A stretch of 53,787 bases of DNA from NCBI GenBank assembly GCA_030672365.1, contig DAOVGM010000022.1, positions 1 to 53,787 on the forward strand, given 5' to 3'. A program made the position numbers and the translations under genes. This document shows, one piece after another, positions 17,681 to 25,586 of this stretch. The notes below the pieces were generated by a model, which saw nothing but the letters and a program-made list of their open reading frames with translations, did not search any database and was not told the DNA's origin. The DNA comes from Methanomassiliicoccales archaeon (lineage in GTDB: Archaea; Thermoplasmatota; Thermoplasmata; SG8-5; JAGLSY01). How positions within the stretch are numbered: the first letter of the stretch is position 1; each line of letters opens with the position of its first letter.

Positions 17681-18796
17681 TCATTTGCTTTGCAATAGAA
17701 GGGTTTCGATATCGAGCCAGCTTGCATTTGTCCGGAACGCTTTGGTGTTGTAATGGACAAGCGAGGCGCTGAACCCGCAATCGCGAAGTGCATCAACGAT
17801 CTTTTTAGTACCTGGAGGCAGTGTCTGCAGATGACTGGCTACCTCGTCCGTGTTGTAGTGGAATGGCGGCTCCGGCAGTTCTTCCGAGAGGGTGGTGAGC
17901 AACGATTTCGTATCTTCAGAAATCGTTGCATCCAGATGTTTTAGCAGGGCAGAGGCGCAATCAGGCTGGCTTAGGGGTCCGAGCCACAGCGGCCCTCCAA
18001 ACTGCTTTCCCTTTTCTGGCCATTTTGAAGTGCGGTACTCGCCGCTTTTTTCCTTGAGAATGTAGCCGATTTGGGCAAGCTGGCTGTCCGCGACCTTGGC
18101 TCCGTTCTTTTTTGTGAAATAGCACCTGAAATAATGGCCGCTGTAGTAACTGAGGAGGGGGAACAGGGCGATGTCGAAGGTGGCGGCGCGCTTTATTGCA
18201 TTGCCGACGAGAATTCGCAGGCCTACCTCGTGCATAATCGCGGTCCTCAGAGGTCTGGCTCCGTATCTTCTGATGCATGCTTTCGAGTAAGTTCCGCAGA
18301 GTGGTGCGGTGTCCGTGGCGGTGACGGAGAGCGTGCCTCCGTCCTTCACGGATTGGACGGCGGCATCGAGAAAGGACACCGGCGAGCCGAACGGATCGAT
18401 GTCCACCCAGTCGAAACGCTTGCTGGCCAGTATGCAGTTCAAATCCTTCTGGTGGAGAGTGATTCTGTCCTCACGCTCCCACTTGTTAACATTCTTTTGA
18501 AGAAGTTCGAAGGCCGGTTTGTTCCACTCGTTGATGTGGATGTTTATATCATGGGGTGCTTCTTCATAAATCCGCAGACCTCTGGCTCCGCAGCCTCCAA
18601 GGCCATCCAGTATTTTCATTCTATCTTTTCCGAATGCCCTGGCGTAGAGCACCGAAACGTCGCGGTTTCCCTTCATTGCCGGGTTGAAGAATACGGGGGC
18701 TTTTGATGCCGGCCCTTTTTTGTGCCCGGTTTCGGGGACGTAGAATGTAGATCCACCCTCCGTAATCTTCACTGGCTTAAAATTATCAGGTTTCAA
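17681..18796 (-). CDS. trm1: tRNA (guanine(26)-N2)-dimethyltransferase
   Basis: 371 aa. FYVP...FFNPAMKGNRD, ILDGLGGCGARGLR and DIDPFGSP motifs of Trm1. Confidence 0.9.
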   Translation of the reverse strand: MKPDNFKPVKITEGGSTFYVPETGHKKGPASKAPVFFNPAMKGNRDVSVLYARAFGKDRMKILDGLGGCGARGLRIYEEAPHDINIHINEWNKPAFELLQKNVNKWEREDRITLHQKDLNCILASKRFDWVDIDPFGSPVSFLDAAVQSVKDGGTLSVTATDTAPLCGTYSKACIRRYGARPLRTAIMHEVGLRILVGNAIKRAATFDIALFPLLSYYSGHYFRCYFTKKNGAKVADSQLAQIGYILKEKSGEYRTSKWPEKGKQFGGPLWLGPLSQPDCASALLKHLDATISEDTKSLLTTLSEELPEPPFHYNTDEVASHLQTLPPGTKKIVDALRDCGFSASLVHYNTKAFRTNASWLDIETLLLQSK

Positions 18797-19374
18797 AGCA
18801 ATTCGCCTTTTATCAGTTTCATGATTTTGTAAGGAAGGAGGTTGCGGTTGACCGGTGTGACCTCTAGAATTCGCACATCGTCTCGCCTTCTTATGTCCTG
18901 GAGGAGCGGGTTTCTGGACTTTTTGTGAAGCGTCAAAAGTATCATTTTGTCGCTGTCCAGCGCGTCCTCCACCGCAGTGACGAACGAGGGGCTCTCGACC
19001 TCCATCTTGCCCACCTCGTCTATTACTATCATGTCAGCTTCCTTCACCGCGTTCTTGATTGCAGCCACGCCTACGCTCTCCAGTGCCTTAACATCAACAC
19101 CATATTGCCCCACGAGGAATCTGGACTCGATGTTCACGTGCGCGAATTTTCTTCGTTTCTTAGTCATCCAGTCCTTGACGTAGAAGCCGACGCGCTTGTT
19201 TCGGAAAATGATGGGCTCGGTGATCATGCCGCCTACCACGAGCTCTTCCGCTTCCAGCATCTCGATAATTTTCAAAAGTATGGTGGTTTTGCCCGCGTTC
19301 GGCAGGCCGGTGATACCGATTTTCACGACATCCGACGCCTTGACATCCTCCTGCCCAGCATCCTCTGAAACCAT
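18793..19374 (-). CDS. Nucleoside-triphosphatase THEP1 family (NTPCR-like)
   Basis: KIGITGLPNAGKTT Walker A and MIVIDEVGKME Walker B. Start placed at the internal ATG (MVSEDAG); the ORF extends to 19458. Overlaps the trm1 start by 4 nt. Confidence 0.8.
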   Translation of the reverse strand: MVSEDAGQEDVKASDVVKIGITGLPNAGKTTILLKIIEMLEAEELVVGGMITEPIIFRNKRVGFYVKDWMTKKRRKFAHVNIESRFLVGQYGVDVKALESVGVAAIKNAVKEADMIVIDEVGKMEVESPSFVTAVEDALDSDKMILLTLHKKSRNPLLQDIRRRDDVRILEVTPVNRNLLPYKIMKLIKGELL

Positions 19375-19466
19375 AAGCTCTCTCCGTCTCTCTCTTACCC
19401 GGAGGATAATACATTCATCCTTAATAAAATATTGTAATAAATATAATTTTTCTGCCAAAACACTGG

Positions 19467-20891
19467 CTAAGCCGAAATTTGCTCTCCGACCATCCTGTCT
19501 GCGATTTTTAGGAACTCCTCCTCGGTGCCCGGAGGTATCGTCGCACCGGCGGCGATGTTGTGGCCGCCGCCGACCCCCCCCAGCTCGGCTGTCGCCTTGC
19601 CCATGAGTTCTGAGAGGTCCAGGCCTCTTTTCACGAGTTGTTTTGTAGCGCGGCCAGATACCTTGATCCCGTCGTCCGCCTCCGCGAAAGCGAACAACGG
19701 TTTATCGTCCGGAATGTCGCCGGAACCGAGGATCATCCCGGCCACGATGCCGATGATGCTGTCCATGACCTTGTCGCCTGCGTGAACATACTGGATGTGC
19801 TCCATCTCCTGAATACCGATGCCCCGGATCTTCTTCATCGATTCTACAAGGTTTTTCCGGTGGCCGCCCTGGAGTCCGAGGGCCCGGTCGAGGAACTGGC
19901 TCCTGTCGCCCTTGCAGACTTGCATGCCCAATTCCGCCCTCTCGTACCTGCCGCAGGAGTTCATGAGGGTCGCGAACTCCTTGGCGTCGTGGAGCGGGGT
20001 GCCGGTTTCTTCCTTCGGCAGGGTGTAGACCTCGGAAATCATCTGGTCCCTGTCGATATACTGGCTTAATGCGGATATCAATTTCCTCTGCTCTCCGCGG
20101 CTCAGGTCGGCCCAGGCTCTCCACCTCTCGCCGTCCTTCAGGTTTATCTCCAGGCTCATGAGGAATCGCATCGACGCCTTGTAGTTGCCGCTGAGCCCCT
20201 CGATTAACGGCTCGGAAGCATACTGGATGAACTTGTAGAGGGGGCGGGTCTCCCTGCCGAACCAGCGAATGTCTTGGCTGGCCTCCAGCACCCCTTCTTT
20301 GATGCCGTCTTCCAGAATCTCGCGGTTGGTGCCGACCAGTTTGCCGTGTTCTTTATCCTGAAGGTCCCCCACCGCTCCGACGATAGCCAGTGCTGCCAGC
20401 TCTTTCAAATCCTTGTCGAGGGCGAGTGCCACTAAATAGGTCGCCCCCGCGCCGCTCATATCGGTCGAGCCGTCCAGACCGGCCAGATGAGGGTTCACCT
20501 GCAGAATGTCGGGGTCGGAGGGAGCCATCGGCTCCCCGAAATCGAATAAGGTCTTCTTCGACTGGCCGCTGACTTTCTCGCCCCACAGGGTCTTCTCGGG
20601 AACGTGGTGGTCGGCAACAACACAATCCAGGTCAGCCAGTAAATGAAGATAGCCGCTTCCCAAGTCAGTGAACCATACCAAATCGTGCCCATCGGAATTC
20701 GACTTCAGATCATCGACAAGTGCCTCGTCCAGTTTCTTGACGAAACGCACATCATTCTCTATCCCCACAGCATCAAGGGCAAGCGAAGCAATACTACCCG
20801 CAGTTATCCCATCTGCATCGATATGACTGACAATCAAAACCTTGCTGGCTTCTCGCAATCGAGAAGCAACCTTCCGCGCCTGGTTTCGCAT
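19467..20891 (-). CDS. RecJ-like DHH/DHHA1 phosphoesterase (archaeal RecJ/GAN-type nuclease)
   Basis: DHH motifs SHIDADGITAG and VVADHHVP; DHHA1 motif GGGHNIAAGA. Start set at the MRNQARK ATG (20891), because the 63 upstream ORF codons translate the G-rich repeat A2 as a Pro-rich string. Confidence 0.85.
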   Translation of the reverse strand: MRNQARKVASRLREASKVLIVSHIDADGITAGSIASLALDAVGIENDVRFVKKLDEALVDDLKSNSDGHDLVWFTDLGSGYLHLLADLDCVVADHHVPEKTLWGEKVSGQSKKTLFDFGEPMAPSDPDILQVNPHLAGLDGSTDMSGAGATYLVALALDKDLKELAALAIVGAVGDLQDKEHGKLVGTNREILEDGIKEGVLEASQDIRWFGRETRPLYKFIQYASEPLIEGLSGNYKASMRFLMSLEINLKDGERWRAWADLSRGEQRKLISALSQYIDRDQMISEVYTLPKEETGTPLHDAKEFATLMNSCGRYERAELGMQVCKGDRSQFLDRALGLQGGHRKNLVESMKKIRGIGIQEMEHIQYVHAGDKVMDSIIGIVAGMILGSGDIPDDKPLFAFAEADDGIKVSGRATKQLVKRGLDLSELMGKATAELGGVGGGHNIAAGATIPPGTEEEFLKIADRMVGEQISA

Positions 20892-20974
20892 GTCAGGGGG
20901 TATGGGGAAGGGTTTATTTATCCTATTGGAGGGGTTCCTGAAAGTAATATAATGTTTGGGGGCAGATGCTAATC

Positions 20975-21058
20975 CGCTCCGAGCAGGCCTTGGGGGGTTT
21001 GGGCAAGGCCAGCGGAGGAGCGGAAGGGTGGGGGGAGGAGGTACTGGCTGGGGTGGGA
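20975..21058 (+). repeat. Family-A intergenic repeat, short form (A2)
   Basis: CCGCTCCGAGCAGGCC-TTGGGGGGTTTGGGC...GCCAGCGGAGGAGCGGAAGGGTGGGGGG...GGGGTGGG. Lies in a divergent promoter region. Confidence 0.75.
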
Positions 21059-21107
21059 AGAACATATTTTCCCCTCCCATCTACACCTTCAAAAACACAG
21101 ATGTAGT

Positions 21108-22847
21108 ATGCATGTACACACTCGGGATATTAATAGTGAGGAACTACTCGGTCTCATGAGCCCCATAAGTTTGCTGATTGCGGTCGTGATATTCACACTC
21201 CTCGGCTGTGTTGCCGGAATAGTGACCGGACTTGTGCCGGGGTTACATGTGAATAATATTGCTCACATCGTCCTCGTCTCGGAGAGTGCGATGATATCAC
21301 TGGCCACCGTTCTTTTCGGCTGGGCAAATCCCAGTATTGCAGAACTTACGATTATCATCTCCTCCTTGATCATCGGGACTGTGGTTACCCACACGTTCCT
21401 CGATTTCATTCCCTCCGCGTTTTTGGGAGCCCCGGACGCTGATACCGCGTTGTCGGTTTTGCCAGGCCATAGGATGATGCTGGCCGGGCGCGGCTACGAA
21501 GCTGTAAAATGCTCGGTAATCGGCAGCTTCGGGGCAATCGTCGTCGCCCTCATCCTGATTATTCCACTGCGACTCTTCATCGGAGAGCCGGTTGATGCAT
21601 ACTCGAAGTTCGAAGGTTTAATTCACTTTGTCTTAATCGCTGTCAGCGTTTTTCTTATTCTTGGGGAGATGGCCAGACCAAAATCCGAGTTCGGAAATTT
21701 TAACAGTTTCGAAGTCGACGGATTCGTGCTTTCATCGGCTGTCGGTGTCGGGGAGGCAGCGCATAAGGATGTTCTCGTCGGTTCCGAAATCCACAAAGAC
21801 ACGGAAGAGCCGGTTGCGATTTCCGGAAAGGTGAAGGAGGTCGTGGACGGAAAGGACGGAAATTACCTCTGGTTGAAGTGCGACGGGAAAAACGTCCGCG
21901 TGAGGATGAACGCGCGAAATCACTACGAGCCAGGTGTCGGGGATTCGGTTACCGTCATAGGCGACGTTTCGCCGGTTGCCACGTGGAAGGACCACATGGC
22001 CAAACGCGGGATGGCTTTGGGAGTGTTTTTACTGGCTGGCCTGTTCGGAGTTATACTGCTTTCGAGCTCCGGGATATGTGGTCAGAACTTGTATCTGGTG
22101 CACATTCCGACATCCGACACAGGCATAATTCTCCTGTTCCCGATGTTCACCGGCCTCTTCGGAATTCCGACTCTCCTCCTGAGCTTGAAGGACAAGCCCA
22201 CGATCCCGAGCCAGAAGGTTAAAAATGTGAAAGTGAACGTAGCACCGAAAGACCAGGCGAAGAACATCGTGTCGGGAAGCATAGCCAGCATATCAAGTCT
22301 GTTTCCGGGAATATCGAGCGCGATTTCGACGATGATCGCGGTGAACTTGCACGGCGACAAGGACGATTCCGGGAGGAAAAAGGACGAGTCCAGCGAGTTT
22401 ATCATCTCGGTCTCGGCTGTGAACACCTCGGTGGGCATCTTCAACTTGCTGGCCTTGTTCATAATCATGAAGTCGAGGAGCGGCGCGATGAAGTCAGTCG
22501 AGGCAATAATGGGCGACAGGATTACAGAATGGAGCTCGGTGGCCAGCGTTCCGTTGGAGCTGAGCGCGATGCTCGTAGCGGCGGTAATCGCGGCAGTCAT
22601 CGCCCTCTTCCTCACACTTTACTTCGGAAAACTGTTCGCCAAGCACTGCTCGAAAATTGACTATCAGAAATTGGTGTGGGGAGTCATAATCTTCCTGCTA
22701 GCCATGACAATAATCTTCTCTGGCCTGCTGGGCCTCGTGATACTCGGAATCGGCACCTGCATAGGCCTCATCCCGCCACTGGTCGGCATCAGAAGAGTTC
22801 ACCTGATGGGAAGTTTGGTCCTCCCCATCATTCTTCATTTTCTGTAA
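21108..22847 (+). CDS. Polytopic membrane protein (TctA/DUF112-like) with an inserted soluble OB-like domain
   Basis: 579 aa with many TM segments and a GLVPGLHVNN-type N-terminal motif. A central hydrophilic insert (about residues 190-290: GKVKEVVDGKDGNYLWLKCDGKNVRVRM...) looks OB-like. The true start may be the MSPISLL ATG at 21156. Confidence 0.6.
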   Translation: MHVHTRDINSEELLGLMSPISLLIAVVIFTLLGCVAGIVTGLVPGLHVNNIAHIVLVSESAMISLATVLFGWANPSIAELTIIISSLIIGTVVTHTFLDFIPSAFLGAPDADTALSVLPGHRMMLAGRGYEAVKCSVIGSFGAIVVALILIIPLRLFIGEPVDAYSKFEGLIHFVLIAVSVFLILGEMARPKSEFGNFNSFEVDGFVLSSAVGVGEAAHKDVLVGSEIHKDTEEPVAISGKVKEVVDGKDGNYLWLKCDGKNVRVRMNARNHYEPGVGDSVTVIGDVSPVATWKDHMAKRGMALGVFLLAGLFGVILLSSSGICGQNLYLVHIPTSDTGIILLFPMFTGLFGIPTLLLSLKDKPTIPSQKVKNVKVNVAPKDQAKNIVSGSIASISSLFPGISSAISTMIAVNLHGDKDDSGRKKDESSEFIISVSAVNTSVGIFNLLALFIIMKSRSGAMKSVEAIMGDRITEWSSVASVPLELSAMLVAAVIAAVIALFLTLYFGKLFAKHCSKIDYQKLVWGVIIFLLAMTIIFSGLLGLVILGIGTCIGLIPPLVGIRRVHLMGSLVLPIILHFL

Positions 22848-22874
22848 TTATAAGAACAAGCCAGATTGGTTGAC

Positions 22875-22952
22875 GCCGAGCAGGTGAGTCAGGGGAAGGG
22901 GACGAACCAGCGGAGGCGTCGGGTGGGGGGCCAACCTATCGTTTGGGGCGGG
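22875..22952 (+). repeat. Family-A intergenic repeat, short form (A3)
   Basis: GCCGAGCAGGTGAGTCAGGGGAAGGGG...CCAGCGGAGGCGTCGGGTGGGGGG...GGGGCGGG. Confidence 0.7.
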
Positions 22953-22958
22953 ATAGAA

Positions 22959-23801
22959 TTAAAAGACCTCATCTATCTCCAGAGAAAAGTTGGCTGCCTT
23001 GGCTGAGTGTGTGAGCCAGCCGAGTGATATCACATCCGCGAACTTCGCGTATTGGGTGATGTTGTCGGGTGTGATGCCGCCCGAAATTTCTATCTCGATT
23101 TTGGGGTTTATTTCCCTGATTTTTGCTGCAGCCAGTGCCCCTGTGTCCGGGGTAAAATTGTCGAGCATTATTCTGTCGGGATGGGCTTTGGCGGCCTCGA
23201 TTGCCCCATCCATGTCGACGACCTCGACCTCCACCTTTTTGCCGGAGCCGGATGTTTTGGCTAAAGCCACCGCCTTAGTTATCGAGCCCACGATTTTGAG
23301 GTGGTTGTCCTTTATCAGAATCATGTCCCAGAGACCTTGCCTGTGGCTTACGCCGCCGCCGAGTATGACCGCTTTTTTCTCGTACTGGCGAAAGCCGGGC
23401 GTGGTCTTTCTGGTGGCTGATATCTGAACGTTCGGATTGATTTGTCGGCACCTGTCTACAAGGGCCCTGGTCTCGGTGGCTATCCCGCTCATCTTGCATA
23501 TGAAATTGAGGGTCAGCCTCTCGACTTTGAGGATTTGCTTTGCGAAGCCGGAGATTTCGAGAATCGTGGCACCGTTTCTGACTTGCTGGCCGTCGTTCGC
23601 TCTCGGGCTCGCGCGCAGGCCCTCATGCTCGAAGATGCGGACTGCCTCTTCGAGGCCTGCCAGAATTGAGTCTTCTTTCGCGATGATTATTGCTCTGGCC
23701 TCCTGATTTTGGATGACTGCTTCGGACGTCGCGTCGCCGTCTCCCAGGTCTTCTGCAAGATATTCGTAGGGCTCGCTCATGGTGATTACATATCCTCTCA
23801 T
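22959..23801 (-). CDS. nadC: Nicotinate-nucleotide pyrophosphorylase (quinolinate phosphoribosyltransferase)
   Basis: 280 aa. DLGDGDATSEA, ATRKTTPG, LGGGVSHR, ILIKDNH and MLDNF motifs of NadC. Confidence 0.9.
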   Translation of the reverse strand: MRGYVITMSEPYEYLAEDLGDGDATSEAVIQNQEARAIIIAKEDSILAGLEEAVRIFEHEGLRASPRANDGQQVRNGATILEISGFAKQILKVERLTLNFICKMSGIATETRALVDRCRQINPNVQISATRKTTPGFRQYEKKAVILGGGVSHRQGLWDMILIKDNHLKIVGSITKAVALAKTSGSGKKVEVEVVDMDGAIEAAKAHPDRIMLDNFTPDTGALAAAKIREINPKIEIEISGGITPDNITQYAKFADVISLGWLTHSAKAANFSLEIDEVF

Positions 23802-24403
23802 GTATTTAGAATTTGCTCGATGTGGCCTTTTGACCTGGCTATGGTGATGGCCGCGTCGATGTCTGGAGTTTTGGTACGTTTTGTTGTGCTGGATTCGTCC
23901 ACTATTTCAACGATGCTGAACAGTTGGCTCACCTTGTTGAGTATTTGATTGCGGGAATCGGGAGCGCCGTGCCCTATTCTGAGCCGCGAGCGCTCGAAAC
24001 AATAGGCCTCCAGCATGTCCTTGACTATCTTGATGGCTTGCTCAGTCGAGTTCGCCTGCAGGGCTTCGATGACCTCTCCCTCCACGACGACCGCGATGCC
24101 GGGGTATTTTCCGGGGTCCGCGCCGATGACCAGTTCTTTGAAGGGGCCGTCGCCGCAGAGCATCTGGATTGCTTCCCTGACTCCCCGATAGACGTCGGTC
24201 ACATTCACTTTGGGGCTGAAATCGACTTTGTCAAAATCCTCCTGGCCGGTCATGACAACCCCGATGTCTAAATTCACCGGCTCGTCGAAATTGAGGCTCC
24301 GAAACTCGAGTTTTCTGGCTTTCAGAACTTTCACGAGGTCGAAATAGAGGCGGGAGTTCGTGGTCAGTAGACCAATGATCTTATCATATCTCGCATTTCC
24401 CAA
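23798..24403 (-). CDS. Hypothetical protein with a putative RNase H-fold (RuvC/YqgF-like) C-terminal half
   Basis: 201 aa. VIGADPGKYPGIAVVVEG resembles the first strand and catalytic Asp of RuvC-like nucleases. DIDAAITIA resembles the terminal catalytic Asp helix. Pattern recognition only. Confidence 0.45.
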   Translation of the reverse strand: MGNARYDKIIGLLTTNSRLYFDLVKVLKARKLEFRSLNFDEPVNLDIGVVMTGQEDFDKVDFSPKVNVTDVYRGVREAIQMLCGDGPFKELVIGADPGKYPGIAVVVEGEVIEALQANSTEQAIKIVKDMLEAYCFERSRLRIGHGAPDSRNQILNKVSQLFSIVEIVDESSTTKRTKTPDIDAAITIARSKGHIEQILNT

Positions 24404-24431
24404 AAAATCCTCCTCATTTTCCTAAATTCCC

Positions 24432-24971
24432 TCAACCCATTATTACCGTGAAATCGAACTCGCACATCGGGCACTTGTCCGGCTGGCCCTCGAGAATCGC
24501 ACCGCAGAGCTGGCAGTATTCCACGTCCGAGATTTCGTCGTCCTCGTCGTCGCTGAACAGCCTGAATATGTGCTCTCTCGTGCCGTCCCAGACCCCCATG
24601 TCGCCGTCCCAGTCGTCCCCGATTTCGCCGAACTCCACCTCGATGTCCTTCATGACCTCTTCGGCCTTGTACTTCATCTTTGTCGTCGCCTTCCCCAGAT
24701 AGACGATAGCCAGATAGAAATTCTCACCGAGCTCGATCATGATGTTCTTGTTCTCGAATTCAAGATTCTTGAGGCTGAACTGCCCCTGCCCGAAAGTGTC
24801 CTTCACAAATGCCTGGATAGCGGTCAGCATGCCGACGGTCAAGTCGTAATCGACCTGCACGTTCTCCTCCAGCGTGTGGTGGCCGATAAGGCATCCGCTC
24901 TTGTGAACTAGGAATGCCTCTTCTATTGCTGGTGTGTCTCTCGTTAACATCATCACCATTATTCTGCCCAT
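24432..24971 (-). CDS. Roadblock/longin-like alpha/beta domain protein with acidic linker and C-terminal zinc ribbon
   Basis: 179 aa. The N-terminal AFLVHKSGCLIGHHT...MLTAIQAFVKDTF...YLAIVYLG segment shares the FL[LV]x[RK]xGxxIxHHT motif with the C-terminus of the 28717-30012 protein. The ribbon is CQLC-x10-CPMC. Confidence 0.55.
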   Translation of the reverse strand: MGRIMVMMLTRDTPAIEEAFLVHKSGCLIGHHTLEENVQVDYDLTVGMLTAIQAFVKDTFGQGQFSLKNLEFENKNIMIELGENFYLAIVYLGKATTKMKYKAEEVMKDIEVEFGEIGDDWDGDMGVWDGTREHIFRLFSDDEDDEISDVEYCQLCGAILEGQPDKCPMCEFDFTVIMG

Positions 24972-25005
24972 ATACCGATAATCAGTCGAAGTTAATAAGC
25001 ATTAC

Positions 25006-25425
25006 TTACGGTTCAAAACCATGCTGCTCCAACCGCTCCGAGCAGGCTCTGGGGGGGGTTGGGCATCTGTCGTGACCACTGGCGCGACAGATCATGTTGG
25101 AATGTGAGGCAATCCAACATGACGGCCAGTGGCCCGACATAGGGTTCCCCTCGGGCTCTTTCAACCAAAATGCAACTCCTCGTGAGTTCAGCTTCACACA
25201 TCTCCGGGGCCCACCCCCGGCTGCGTTTCCGGGGCCGGCTTCGTAGTGCTTTCTGAAGCGGGTGACGTATCCAGCGATTTTGTTTCGCATTTGCACGGTC
25301 GTGACGTCTGTCATCTCAGCTACCATCTTCTTGTTGTGCTGGTAGTCGTCCGTGAACTTCTCTGGATACCGCTTCACCAACTCGATAGCTACTCTTTTGA
25401 TATAGGTCGGCCTTATATTTCCCAT
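25006..25425 (-). CDS. rps17e: Ribosomal protein S17e, with a ~75-residue C-terminal extension read through repeat A6
   Basis: [38 protein letters not shown]...[11 protein letters not shown] is canonical S17e (normally about 60-70 aa). The ORF has no stop until 25006 and runs across the family-A repeat. Confidence 0.85.
   Translation of the reverse strand: MGNIRPTYIKRVAIELVKRYPEKFTDDYQHNKKMVAEMTDVTTVQMRNKIAGYVTRFRKHYEAGPGNAAGGGPRRCVKLNSRGVAFWLKEPEGNPMSGHWPSCWIASHSNMICRASGHDRCPTPPRACSERLEQHGFEP
25033..25160 (+). repeat. Family-A intergenic repeat (A6), 5' module plus hairpins H3 and H4, lacking the usual 3' G-rich module
   Basis: CCGCTCCGAGCAGGCTCTGGGGGGGGTTGGGC, then ATCTGTCGTGACC-ACT-GGCGCGACAGAT, then CATGTTGGAATGTGAGGCAATCCAACATG. 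Confidence 0.75.
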
Positions 25426-25586
25426 GCTGTACCTCGAATTGCTGGAGAAGTCCTTTTCCTACATAAACCTTTAGATAATTGCATTGTTTTCAGAACTAAC
25501 CAAAAGTATATATTTCTTGATGCAATATTGTGACCTGCGAATAGATTACCGTTGGTTATCCATTTGCGATAGGGGTAGGAAAGTAT

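Noticed and set aside
20892-21080. Pro-rich 63-aa N-terminal extension of the RecJ-like ORF
   Set aside because: It is the reverse-strand translation of G-rich repeat A2. The conserved DHH domain begins right after the internal ATG at 20891.
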